This document shows positions 29,525-40,200 of a stretch of 64,000 nucleotides of DNA, piece after piece (position 1 is the stretch's first letter; every line of letters starts with the position of its first letter). The DNA is from Candidatus Neptunichlamydia sp. (GTDB taxonomy: Bacteria > Chlamydiota > Chlamydiia > Chlamydiales > Simkaniaceae): NCBI GenBank assembly GCA_965233865.1, contig OZ247587.1, forward strand, positions 1,344,001 through 1,408,000, written 5' to 3'. A program made the position numbers and the translations under genes. The notes beneath the pieces are model-generated. The model worked only from the letters and a program-made list of their open reading frames with translations, was not told where the DNA came from and did no database searches.

Positions 29525-30991
29525 ATGGACAGTAAGCTTGAAGGCATGAAAGTGGTGCGCTCTGATGAGATGGAGCGGATCGAAAAGGTTAGCATGGAAG
29601 CTGGGGCTTCTGATGAAGCGTATATGCTGAAAGCTGGGGAGGGAATTGCTAATCGTGTTGAAGAATTTGTCAAGGAAGGGGGCCTGGACAAAAAGGCTAC
29701 ATTGCTCATTGGGAAAGGGAACAACGGAGGCGATGCCTATGTTGCAGGGATTCTTTTGATCAATCGGGGCTTTAATGTTGAGGCTTTTCACGTCGTGAAA
29801 ATGGGGGAGGCAAGTCCTCTTTGTCAGAAATATGGGAAGAGGTTCGAAGGGAAGCAGCAAGATAAGCTGGAGCTTAGCGGGGTTATTCTCGACGGTCTTT
29901 TGGGTACGGGGTTTCAAGGGGAAGTTCAAGGGAAAATCAAAGAAGTCATCAAAAAAGTCAATGAGTCAGAGCTCTCTGTTTTAGCAATTGATATTCCTTC
30001 AGGTGTGAATGGAAACACAGGAGAGGCTAAACGCGCAATTCATGCCGATGAGACGCTCTATTTAGGGATGGCAAAGCATGGTTTTTTTGTAGGAGAGGGG
30101 TATAACCACACCGGAAAGCTCCATGCAATCGACTTTGGAATGGAGAGGAAATACATTGAAGAGGCGCAAGGAGAAGGATTTCTGCTCAATGAGAAAGTTC
30201 TTCCAGGACTTTTGCCACCACTGAAACGAGACCGTCATAAGTATGAGGCAGGATATGTCATCGCAGTTGCGGGATCTCCTGGGATGCCAGGGGCGGCTAT
30301 GCTGTCGTGTTTAGCTGCACTTCGCACAGGCGCGGGAATCGTGAGACTGTTTCACCCTGAAGGAATAGAGAAAGAACTGGCTTCTTCAGCATATGAACTC
30401 ATTCGGACGCCTTACAGATGGGGCGATGATAGTGCGATCTTGGAAGAGGGAAAACGCGCAAAAGCGTGTTTGATCGGTCCTGGTGTGGGAAAGGGCGAAG
30501 AAATGCACACCTTTTTGCAAGGTCTCCTTGACAAGTTGAATGTTTCTATGGTTATAGATGCCGATGCCCTTTACCATATTAAGGTTTTCCCCAAAGGGTC
30601 CATATTGACTCCACATCACAAAGAGATGATGCATCTTCTTGGGAGCAGTTCGGTAGATAATCAGGTGTGCCAAGCTTTTGCTGATCAAGCGGAAGTGACA
30701 GTCATCTTAAAGGGAGCGCCGACATGGATTTTTCATCCTAAGTTATTGCCGCTCATTATTACAAAGGGAGATCCTGGAATGGCCACTGCGGGAACAGGGG
30801 ATGTTTTGACAGGAATGATAACATCTCTTCTTGCGCAAGGGGTAAAGGGGCGAGAAGCTGCCGCTTTGGGAGTTTATCTGCACGGGGAAGCAGGAGAGAT
30901 TGCCGCAAAAGAGAGGACTTCATACAACATGATTGCAAGTGATCTTATTGAAGCCTTGCCCAGAGCGTTTCAGACACTTGTGAAGCAATAA
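29525..30991 (+). CDS. nnr: Bifunctional NAD(P)H-hydrate epimerase/dehydratase (YjeF)
   Basis: GKGNNGGD, DGLLGTG, AIDIPSG, GMPGAA, IDADAL, LTPH, ATAGTGDVLTG. Confidence 0.95.
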   Translation: MDSKLEGMKVVRSDEMERIEKVSMEAGASDEAYMLKAGEGIANRVEEFVKEGGLDKKATLLIGKGNNGGDAYVAGILLINRGFNVEAFHVVKMGEASPLCQKYGKRFEGKQQDKLELSGVILDGLLGTGFQGEVQGKIKEVIKKVNESELSVLAIDIPSGVNGNTGEAKRAIHADETLYLGMAKHGFFVGEGYNHTGKLHAIDFGMERKYIEEAQGEGFLLNEKVLPGLLPPLKRDRHKYEAGYVIAVAGSPGMPGAAMLSCLAALRTGAGIVRLFHPEGIEKELASSAYELIRTPYRWGDDSAILEEGKRAKACLIGPGVGKGEEMHTFLQGLLDKLNVSMVIDADALYHIKVFPKGSILTPHHKEMMHLLGSSSVDNQVCQAFADQAEVTVILKGAPTWIFHPKLLPLIITKGDPGMATAGTGDVLTGMITSLLAQGVKGREAAALGVYLHGEAGEIAAKERTSYNMIASDLIEALPRAFQTLVKQ

Positions 30992-31008
30992 TTTATAGTG
31001 GGTTAAAT

Positions 31009-31974
31009 TTAAGAGGAATTTGCAAAAGACTCTTTTTGTGTCAGAAACCAGTCAGAGAATTTTGCGATTCCGACGTCAAGAGAAGTAGCCGGTGAAAAGC
31101 CAAGATCTCTTTCAGCTTTTTGGATATCCGCATAAGTGGTCTTAACATCCCCCATTTGCATAGGTTGAAAATCGATCTGTGCCTTTTTCCCAAGATGTTT
31201 TTCAAGAAGTTCAATGAGGTGCATAAGAGGCTCTGGCTTGTTATTACCAAGATTATAGATTTCATATCCGTTGCAATGATCAAGTGCCCGGATCGTTCCT
31301 TGGACAATATCATCAACGTAGGTAAAGTCGCGCTCCACTTTTCCATGGTTGAAAGCAGGAATGGGTTCCTCTCTTTGAATTTTTTCTGCAAACGAGTAGT
31401 AAGCCATATCTGGGCGCCCCCAGGGACCATAAACTGTAAAGAACCGGAGCCCCACCATGGGGATACCGTAGAGGTGATGGTAACTTTTAGCCATCAGCTC
31501 CCCTGATTTTTTTGTAGCTGCATAGAGACTAACAGGAGAATCTGTAGAGTCGGTTTCGGAAAAAGGAATCTTGGTATTTCCGCCGTAAACGGAAGAGGAA
31601 GATGCAAAGACGAGTTTTACGTTGGGGGTGTTGCGGCAAAGTTCTAGAATTTTTAAAAAACCATCAAGATTAGAGTCGCTATAGGGCTGTGGGTGCGTTA
31701 TAGAATAACGGACCCCTGCCTGAGCTGCTAAGTGCACAATGTGCGTAATATTTTGTTTTAAGGAGCGGATGTTTTGGATATCATCTTCGATAACATGAGC
31801 TCCGAGGCTGCGCAACTGATCGGCGCGCACCCTTTTGAGATCGGGTGAATAATAATTATTGAAATTATCACACCCAATCACATAATCTCCATTTTTGATT
31901 AGTGAAGAAGCAAGATGGAAGCCAATAAAGCCTGCAATTCCAGTAATAAACACAAACTTTTTTTGATCACTCAT
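31009..31974 (-). CDS. UDP-glucuronate 4-epimerase (CapI/Uge-like)
   Basis: TGIAGFIG, HLAAQAGVRYS, ASSSSVYG, YAATKK, RFFTVYGPWGRPDMA. Confidence 0.92.
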   Translation of the reverse strand: MSDQKKFVFITGIAGFIGFHLASSLIKNGDYVIGCDNFNNYYSPDLKRVRADQLRSLGAHVIEDDIQNIRSLKQNITHIVHLAAQAGVRYSITHPQPYSDSNLDGFLKILELCRNTPNVKLVFASSSSVYGGNTKIPFSETDSTDSPVSLYAATKKSGELMAKSYHHLYGIPMVGLRFFTVYGPWGRPDMAYYSFAEKIQREEPIPAFNHGKVERDFTYVDDIVQGTIRALDHCNGYEIYNLGNNKPEPLMHLIELLEKHLGKKAQIDFQPMQMGDVKTTYADIQKAERDLGFSPATSLDVGIAKFSDWFLTQKESFANSS

Positions 31975-32001
31975 GTATTTAGAGTACCAAATCTATTGAT
32001 T

Positions 32002-33033
32002 ATGGTTCTATCACTTTTCCTTGCAGCATGTTCGAACACTCCGTATAAGGGCTCAGAGGCCGTCGGTGCAGATGAATTTGTCATCGATTCTTATAAAATT
32101 AAGGAGGGGAAGTTTTCGATCTTGGAGATGGAGGGTCAACCTCTAGTGACCCTTAATCCAGAACTTCTTGAAGAATATACCAATACGGTTGAAGACGGAG
32201 ACTCCCTAAAGGTCGCTTTATTTCACCCTTCGCGCAGCGATTTGGTAAATGCTGTCCGATCAATCGGAGAAGAGATTGGCTATCCGGTCTCAGGAGGAAA
32301 AATTACCCTTCCCGAATTAATGCCGATCAAAATTATAGGGCTAAAGCTCGGAGAGGCGCGAGATAAAATTCAAGAAGCCTACGACCAAGAAATCGATGAG
32401 ATAGAAGTTTTTCTCTCCTTTGCTAAAAGGAAGCAAAAGAAGGTGGAATTAGCTGGGATGGTGAGTCAGTCAACCCTCCCTGTTAATGGGAAGCTCCGCT
32501 TATTTGAGGTGCTTGCTGAGGCCAAAGTTCCCTCTAATGCAAACTTTTTTAAAAGTTATTTGGTGCGAGGTGGCCAACCTCTTCCTGTTGATATGAATAG
32601 GCTTGTGAAAGAGGGGGACATGAGCCAGAATGTGGTGATGCACGGAGGTGATAAGCTCTATATTGCAGAGACTTCAGCTTCAACGCTGATGGTAATGGGA
32701 GAGGTGAGGCAGGAGCGCGTCATCGATGTTCCTAACGGATCTCTGCCTCTTCGATCTGCCCTTGCTATGGCAGGAGGGATCCCCTTCACAGGTGATAAGA
32801 GAGTGATTCAAGTCATTCGTGGAAATATTTTACGTCCTAAAGTCTATACACTAAACTGGAAGCATGTCATGCGTCTTTCTAGCTCAAGCATGCTTTTAAT
32901 ACCGGGTGATATTGTTTATGTTGCTGCAACGCCCATTACAGAATGGAACCGCTTTATTCAGCAAATCTTTCCCACACTTACTGGCATTGAACTTTTCCGC
33001 AAAGGGGTCGCAGGAGTTATAGCTATTCAATGA
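32002..33033 (+). CDS. wza: Polysaccharide export lipoprotein (Wza/OPX family)
   Basis: Lipobox LAAC, Poly_export domain (GDSLKV..., GKITLP), SLBB repeats, PGDIVYV...TEWNR. Start codon uncertain. Confidence 0.85.
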   Translation: MVLSLFLAACSNTPYKGSEAVGADEFVIDSYKIKEGKFSILEMEGQPLVTLNPELLEEYTNTVEDGDSLKVALFHPSRSDLVNAVRSIGEEIGYPVSGGKITLPELMPIKIIGLKLGEARDKIQEAYDQEIDEIEVFLSFAKRKQKKVELAGMVSQSTLPVNGKLRLFEVLAEAKVPSNANFFKSYLVRGGQPLPVDMNRLVKEGDMSQNVVMHGGDKLYIAETSASTLMVMGEVRQERVIDVPNGSLPLRSALAMAGGIPFTGDKRVIQVIRGNILRPKVYTLNWKHVMRLSSSSMLLIPGDIVYVAATPITEWNRFIQQIFPTLTGIELFRKGVAGVIAIQ

Positions 33034-35861
33034 ATCAATCTGAAGATTTCATCATTTTTTCTGACATCAAACGACTCGTATTCAAAACAAAATGGGTGAT
33101 TCTTGCTGGGGCTGTTTTTTTTGGGTTGTTTGGGTTTTTAAAAAGGTCTCAGGTTTCTGCCCGTCATGAAATAAAGGCGGTATTTAAAGAAGTGGGGCCC
33201 TCTCAAATGCCCTTTGGAGGGGGTGCGTTTGATTCATTCCTCCAGACATTAGGAATGGGTGGGGTGGCCAAAGAAGGGCATGTATTGCTTCTTTCATCAA
33301 TCATTTTAGAACCTGTGATTATGAAGCTTGGAATGCAAGCAGAGGTTCCCATTGAGACAAGTGTTGAAAAAAAGCGGCGTCTTTTTTTTGAATCTCTAGA
33401 TGCTGAAAGAGGAAGGCCGATTGCTGAGCCTTCTCGGTTTGTCTTTGAGGGTGTTTGTTACTTAGGAGAATATCCTCAAAAATTTCTCATTTTCTTCACT
33501 TCACAAAAATCTTTTGAAGTGCAGGATGGAAAAAATCACGTACTAGCAAAAGGGGTAGTAGGGGAAGAGGTAGCCTTTAATGAAATCACTTTTACATTAA
33601 AAGAAACTCCTAAAGGGATGAAACTTCGAAATAGTTATACCCTTTCATTGTCCCCTCTCTCAGAAATGGTTATCCAGGTGCGGAAGCTTTTTGAAGTCTT
33701 TCTTGTTCACGGGGACGCCTCACTGCTTAGCTTGGAAATGACTCATGCGGATCGCCACTTTGGAATGCGCCTGCTTAACGAAATCATGGAAACCTACAAA
33801 AAATATCTCGAAACAGAAAACTCCAGAGTGACAGAAGGGCAAATCGCCTATCTCCAAAAGCGGCGTAATAGTTACACAGAAAGCATGAATGAGCTTCTCA
33901 AAGAGCACGTTGCTTATTTAAAGGAGAACATCGAGTCCAAAGGGGCTTTGAATCTTGGGCAGCAGATTCCTCTCTTCCAAAGCCGCAAACAAGATCTTAT
34001 GAATGACTTAATGGAAATCGATCTTAAATTTGGGGAGCTGATAGACACCAATCCTTACCTGGCCATGGAACTGGGGAGTGAAGTTGTAGATCTTCAGAGA
34101 GAACTTCATAATATTGCAAAGGAAAGAGATGCTCTGACTTTGGCACTCATTGGGCAACCTAGCTATGAAAAAAACCTTACAGGACAAATGCGCCGCTTAG
34201 ATGCTATTGAGAGTGAAGAGCTCAAGGTGAAGACTGGAGTGGATTCTTTTTTCTCTGCAATGAGTCATGCCCTTCGCCAAAAAGATCAAGCACTTATCGA
34301 AGTAGGAGAATTTGGGAAAATCTTATCCCCCGATGCTAGCCAACTCAAAAAAGTGCAGCTGGAAAAGAAGAAGCTGATTCAACTCTCTTATAAAATATCT
34401 GGGACACAGTTATCCCACTCCTATCTCAAAAACCAACTGAGGCTTCTCTCACTGCAAGAAGGGACTTTAAAGCAGCGCCTTTTTCACGGGACAACTAGGG
34501 GAGAGGAATATCAAGGGATTGATCTGGAGACAGCGCGCAAGCTGCTCTTTACTTATTTGCATGGGCGCGATAATGCTCGGTCAAAAATCCGAGAGCTTAT
34601 CTTTGCAAAAGAACAGATCGAGAAGGAAGATGCTGAATGGGTTTCTCTATCCTTAATTTTCCCTGATCCTCTTAGTCAGGAAATGGTGCGAGAAATGGGA
34701 GGAATGAAGCAGAAACTTCGAAAAGAGCGAACCCTTACTGAAAAAGAGCAGGAACGATTAGAAAAACAGTTTTTCCAAATGAAAGATGATTTGGGGCGCC
34801 ATATAAAGCAAAGCATTTTACTTGCTCAGCTTGAGTGTGAGAGGAACGAAGATCGCATCGAATCTGTCCAGATGGCCATTCTTGACCTACTTGGTCAGGA
34901 GGTTTCTTTAATAGAAAAGCAGGTTGAAGATCGGATCGAAGAAAAATTGGCCCATTTAGGGAAGGAAAAATTCCTTGTTAAAGGACAATTGAAAGACATT
35001 AAAAAAGAGATGGAAGGGGTTCCCGATACTTGGCTTCGCGAGCATCGCCTAAAGTTTGCCTCAGATATGAATAAAGGGATGTTAGAGGCTCTGGTTCACT
35101 TAGTTGAGTCAAAAAGCATTGAGCAGAATCTGTCGATATTAGAATCTAGGCCTATTGATTATGCGCATGCTTCCTTGAACCCTAAGCCTCCTCTTTTAAA
35201 GGTTTTTGGGGTCATTGGTGCATTTTTAGGAGCCCTCGCTGCCTTTGCAGGCTGCTTTATTTATTATCTTTACCGTGGGTTTCCCCTAACCCTTCGAAAC
35301 ATGAGGGTTCGAGGAAAAAATGTGCTAGGCCCTTTGACTAAAAAAGATGATATTGAGGTGTTAAGACGGTTATCTCTCCTTCTAAAAAGGGAAACGTCTT
35401 CCATTGTAGCCTGTTTAGTGCTTGGAAATGGAGACGACTACGCACCTGCTGCTGCTGAGCTGCTTGCCAAAGAAGGAAAACGCGTTCTTGTAGTGGATCT
35501 TAACTTTAAAAAGAAGGTGAAGGACAGAAGCCTTCCCGGACTTATCCACTATTTAGAAGGAGATACAAAGGCTCCAAGTATTCATATGAAGCACTATGGT
35601 GATTACATCCCCATGGGAGGAAACACCTCGTTTGGGGATGAAATATTGCGTAACCACAAGTTTGAGACATTCCTAAATAAGATGAAAAAAGAGTACGAAG
35701 TGATTTTTTTGTCTCTTCCTTCTGGACTCGAAAGCTCACTTCCAAAATCTTTTTTTGGGAGCGCCGATGTTATTGCACTAAGACTAGAGGATCATCCTTT
35801 CTCCGCTCTTAAGCCCTATTTTGCGTGGGAAGGCGAAGGACGCTCTCTCGCCTTTGTGTAA
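33030..35861 (+). CDS. wzc: Wzc-like polysaccharide co-polymerase with a degenerate kinase domain
   Basis: Two TM segments flanking a long coiled-coil region, then LAKEGKRVLVVDLN and GLIHYL. Walker A GK[ST] is absent. Overlaps the wza stop (ATGA). Confidence 0.8.
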   Translation: MNQSEDFIIFSDIKRLVFKTKWVILAGAVFFGLFGFLKRSQVSARHEIKAVFKEVGPSQMPFGGGAFDSFLQTLGMGGVAKEGHVLLLSSIILEPVIMKLGMQAEVPIETSVEKKRRLFFESLDAERGRPIAEPSRFVFEGVCYLGEYPQKFLIFFTSQKSFEVQDGKNHVLAKGVVGEEVAFNEITFTLKETPKGMKLRNSYTLSLSPLSEMVIQVRKLFEVFLVHGDASLLSLEMTHADRHFGMRLLNEIMETYKKYLETENSRVTEGQIAYLQKRRNSYTESMNELLKEHVAYLKENIESKGALNLGQQIPLFQSRKQDLMNDLMEIDLKFGELIDTNPYLAMELGSEVVDLQRELHNIAKERDALTLALIGQPSYEKNLTGQMRRLDAIESEELKVKTGVDSFFSAMSHALRQKDQALIEVGEFGKILSPDASQLKKVQLEKKKLIQLSYKISGTQLSHSYLKNQLRLLSLQEGTLKQRLFHGTTRGEEYQGIDLETARKLLFTYLHGRDNARSKIRELIFAKEQIEKEDAEWVSLSLIFPDPLSQEMVREMGGMKQKLRKERTLTEKEQERLEKQFFQMKDDLGRHIKQSILLAQLECERNEDRIESVQMAILDLLGQEVSLIEKQVEDRIEEKLAHLGKEKFLVKGQLKDIKKEMEGVPDTWLREHRLKFASDMNKGMLEALVHLVESKSIEQNLSILESRPIDYAHASLNPKPPLLKVFGVIGAFLGALAAFAGCFIYYLYRGFPLTLRNMRVRGKNVLGPLTKKDDIEVLRRLSLLLKRETSSIVACLVLGNGDDYAPAAAELLAKEGKRVLVVDLNFKKKVKDRSLPGLIHYLEGDTKAPSIHMKHYGDYIPMGGNTSFGDEILRNHKFETFLNKMKKEYEVIFLSLPSGLESSLPKSFFGSADVIALRLEDHPFSALKPYFAWEGEGRSLAFV

Positions 35862-37243
35862 GCCGCAAGGAGGGCGCAAAAGATGAGAAGCATGAGTCTT
35901 CCTGAATTGTAGGCCCAGAGAAAATGATCCACAACTCCCATCAATAAAAGAGAAAAAAGAATTGTTATAAGCGTGAGAGAAAGAGGGGTAATCTTCTGCT
36001 TGAAGGCGGGAATCACAAGAGAAAAGATAAAGAGAGCAAGCATTCCGAGACCAATGACTCCTGTTTCAGAAGCCACTTGCAGGTAAATATTGTGGGCAAG
36101 AGCTCCTGTGGGATTTGCCCCAGCAAGGGCAGGGTCAACCGTTTCGTAAGGGAAAAGGGCAAAACCATTGTGTCCAATTCCTAGAAAAGGATAGTGGAGA
36201 AAAAGGGCCGAGGCCAACTTATAATAGAGAAAGCGTCCACTATCTGAGGCTTCTGACAAGGTATTATAATTTACAAATCCTCCTCGCGCGGCGAGTTGCT
36301 GAAATAGGAGAAGCATCGCGGTGAGAAAAGCTCCTCCAATCAGTGTTCCCAGCTTCAAAACCCTCTGCATTTTTTTGACGAGTCCCACACCAAAAAACAA
36401 AAATGTTCCAAGCATCCAAGCAAAGAATGGGCCACGAGCAAAGGTAAGCGTTAGTGTAAGGACAAGCAAAGGAATGAGAGCTAGAAGGAATCCTTTTTTG
36501 AGTCGGGTGTCAGTATAAATAAAGAGAAAATAAGACACAAAAAGCGCAATCACTAGATATCCCCCAAAGATATTAGGATGATCAAACGTGCCGTAAGCGC
36601 GAAGAATATTAAGATGCTCCTCGGCTATCCAAGGAAGCTTATCAAAAAGGGCACGATTCCCCTCAGTTAGAGGATAAACGGCAATGTTATTCATTGAAGG
36701 GTCAATATTTGCTTCAGAAAGAAAGGAAAGACCTAGGTTTTTTTGGAATAAGAATTGCCCCGTTCCAATCAAACATTCAAGGAAAGCAATCCCTATAAAA
36801 AACCAGAGTGCAATAGGGATCCATTCAGATCGCCTGCTCATAAGCAGATAAGTTAAGTGGAAGGCAGTGCAAGCGATCACTAGGTTTAGAAGAGTGACGT
36901 ACTGAAAAAAGTAGGAAGAAAATATTGAAAAGAGAATAGAAAAAACTGCAACAAAACAATAAAGAGTGAGGTAGCGAGAATGGCGGTTAAAAAAGAGCTC
37001 TTTCATTCTAACTTCCTTTAAGAGAAGTGCACCGATCAGGAGTCCTACAATCCAAAAGTCGGTAAGATAAAAGTGGATATACTTTTCAAAGAGAGGAGGG
37101 ATAGATACAGCAAAAGGGGCGGTTTTTTCAAAATGGTGGAAAAAGGAGACCGATACTCCACGAAAAACCTTGAAGAATAGACCGCCAAATGGAAAAGCAG
37201 CAATCAGGATGAGTGTGAAAATATAGAGAATTTTTGTTTTCAT
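35816..37243 (-). CDS. O-antigen ligase/polymerase family membrane protein (Wzy_C/WaaL-like)
   Basis: Multiple TM helices, RAYGTFDHPN, TFARG, PFLGIG, AHNIYLQ..ETGVIG. Confidence 0.88.
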   Translation of the reverse strand: MKTKILYIFTLILIAAFPFGGLFFKVFRGVSVSFFHHFEKTAPFAVSIPPLFEKYIHFYLTDFWIVGLLIGALLLKEVRMKELFFNRHSRYLTLYCFVAVFSILFSIFSSYFFQYVTLLNLVIACTAFHLTYLLMSRRSEWIPIALWFFIGIAFLECLIGTGQFLFQKNLGLSFLSEANIDPSMNNIAVYPLTEGNRALFDKLPWIAEEHLNILRAYGTFDHPNIFGGYLVIALFVSYFLFIYTDTRLKKGFLLALIPLLVLTLTLTFARGPFFAWMLGTFLFFGVGLVKKMQRVLKLGTLIGGAFLTAMLLLFQQLAARGGFVNYNTLSEASDSGRFLYYKLASALFLHYPFLGIGHNGFALFPYETVDPALAGANPTGALAHNIYLQVASETGVIGLGMLALFIFSLVIPAFKQKITPLSLTLITILFSLLLMGVVDHFLWAYNSGRLMLLIFCALLAAYTKARERPSPSHAK

Positions 37244-40200
37244 GGCTCGGTATGGTAATCCCTAGAATTAATTTCTCTCCACTTCTTAATTACTTGAGCT
37301 GCCAGTGGAGCTGCTTCTTTCCCGTAGTCCCCAAATTTCAGGTATACCACAACAGAGAGCTCCGGCATATCAATTCGGTAATCGTCTCCCTCTTTAAAAG
37401 AGAGTGTTCCAAACCAAATATCCTTACAAATCAGAGGCCCTCCCTCTCTGTCGAGGGTAGGGCGGTAGACAAATTCTGCCGTTGAAGTTTTCCCTATAAA
37501 CTGATCTTGCAGCGCCTTATATTCTGGAATCCACTTAGGATGTTCGTACAGAGCTCGGATCCGGTAGGGCTGAACAGGACCTTTTGCGCCCATAACCACT
37601 CGTCGCATTCCTTCCATAAGGTCCATCCTCACTTTCGTGGGCATATCGATGACCCGTCGGACCTCGCGCTCTGTTTCCTTGACCCCTTTTGGGCTTGCGC
37701 GCATCTTCACAATTTGGGGTTTTAAAATAGCGCCTCCATTTCCAATTGCGGTAAGCATTCCAGCAGTTTGAAGCGGGGTGACAACAAGCGAGTGTTGCCC
37801 AATTGCAAAAGAGTAGAGGCCTGTTCGATTATCTCGAAGGTCATCGGGGACATATCCTCCTGTTTCTCCATAAAGATCAATACCTGTAGGTTTCCCAAAT
37901 CCAAAATGTTCTGTCGTTTTTTGTAGTTCTGCAGGATGATTGATGACTTCACCTGCTAAGAGAGAGAAATAGATGTTGCTCGATCTTTCCATTGCGGTAC
38001 CAAAATCAACCCGTCCCAAGCTGGAATGGCTTCTTGGGAGTCTTCCCCCTTTATAGTGGCGGGTGATCAGAGATCCATCGAGATGACGCCCCAGAACGAT
38101 TCCATTTTCAGTTGTGATATTTGTATTTATTTCATCGAGAATTTCTAGGGAAGGGAGACCGCATTGATAAATTTGTTTGAGAGCCTCATATCCCGTGACG
38201 ACTTTGAAAAGAGAGCCAATAGGAGTTGATCTCCCGTAGGCATAGGACTTTCCATGTCCGAAGCCATTGCGTGGATAAAAGGATCCGGCAAGTCCCTGCA
38301 ATGTTTTACTTCGAAGAGCATAATAGCGTCCCCAAAGAGGATCAGAAAGCTCATTAAAAGAGCGAAACGTTGTCATCAATTTGAAGGGGACTTTTTTTGC
38401 TCGCACTAAATCTAAGCTTTCAAGAAGTTTGCCTTTAGCTTCTTTGCTCGTTAAGGCAAGGTGAAATAGAAAGGGCTGAAGATCCAAATCTTTTGAGACA
38501 TTGTCATAGATAAAAGCATCAAAAAACTTCCACTGATGTTTATCCCAAAATTCAGAGAACAACGTCTTTTCTGCTTCTGCTAGATAGTCTGTATACGGGT
38601 GAGGGTACGTTTTTCGCTTTTTTTCCTCCTCCCGTTTCTCTTTAAGGTAGGCTTTGAAGTGCTTCGTTCTCCATAAAGGAAACATTCGCTCATGATAGAG
38701 AGTTTCGACTCTCTCTTTAATCTCCTTTTTGAGCAAAACAAATGCTTGAGTGAGTTCTCGATACCGACTTAAAGAGAGATGCTTTACGAGTTCAAGATGA
38801 GGTTTTGAAAAATCCTTTCCATTTGCGATAAGTCTTAAAAGATCAAGAAAAAGGAGTTTGTCGAGATTATGTTTGATGGGTGTAAGGATAGGATCGATTT
38901 CTTTGCGCATTTCTTGGACGAGAGGAGGGACTTCTCCTCCATAAAGAGCATTGATGGTTTCTTCGACTGTTTCACTTCCCATAACTTTGTGGATAGCACC
39001 CAAGACATGTTGGAGGTGGACAGACTCATAGACGTTAGGGATTTTTTTGAGAGCCTTTTTTACCTGGCAAGTATTGGATAGAACATGATTCAGAAAGTGG
39101 TCCCAAGAAAGAAACTCCTTTTCTGAGTAAGTGACCCAATCCCGCTCCATTAGAGAAAGGCCGTCCCATATAGCTCCCACATGGCGAGGACTTTCTAGCC
39201 ACTTCAAGATCGCTTGTGTTTTTTCGTGGCGATCCTTGTCGGTTAAATTAAAGTCATTGGGATCGAAGCGAGGATACGAAGCAAGAGCAACCACCTCACC
39301 AGTTGAAGGAACCATTGCAACGATCGCTCCCCCCTTAATCCAAGGCGAGGGAATCTGGTCGTGGCCCTTCCCCGCTTGAGCAAAATGGCGCTCTCGATCT
39401 TGTTCATTAAGGGTGAGAAGTTCCTCTGCATAGGCTTGAAGCTCAGAGGAAATTGTCAAAAGGATTCTCTCTCCTGAATCTGCTTCTTTGCCTCCTGGCA
39501 AGTTGCGGATAAAACGCCCCCTTGCCCCGAGCTCCACTTCTCGTTTTCCGTAAGATCCTCGCAAGGCTTCATCAAACTTTCGCTCTATTCCTGTTTTTCC
39601 GACATGTGCATGAATTGTGTAAGCTTTTTCTCTGAGTTCTAAAAGGCGGAGTTCAACATCATGGCTGCTAAAGAACCCTTTTGGAAGAGGAATAGGTAGC
39701 CCTTCCTCCCTTTTTTCAAGGAAGAGCGAAAGCTCTTCTATCTCTTGAGCGATCGCGATGTATTGCCTTTGATTGATTGCCCCCATATACCCTAAAATAT
39801 CAGAACCCACCTTCCCTTGAGGATAATACCTTTTTGCAGCTCTTTGCATTGCCAAACCCGTCCAATCCTTTTCGAGCAATCTGAGACGATAATAAAGATT
39901 TTCAGAGAGATCTTCTTTGATAGTAAACGGAGTATTAGGAAAGATCGAAGCTTGACTATAGATCAGATCTTCAATTCCTACAGGGTCCATCTCAAGAGCC
40001 TTGCCAAGCATCTTCGCCAATTTTTCCACGTAGCGGCGCCTTTCGTAGATCTTAGCTTTCTTTCTCCCTTTTCTTTCCCAAGTGACAAGGGGGATTTCGC
40101 GAATACGGTCAAAACAAACCGCTGCATTGTACTGCACCTTGTTGATTACTAGGGGAGTGTTAAATCGGTCTCGAATCGTTCCACGCGCTGCAGGCTCCAT

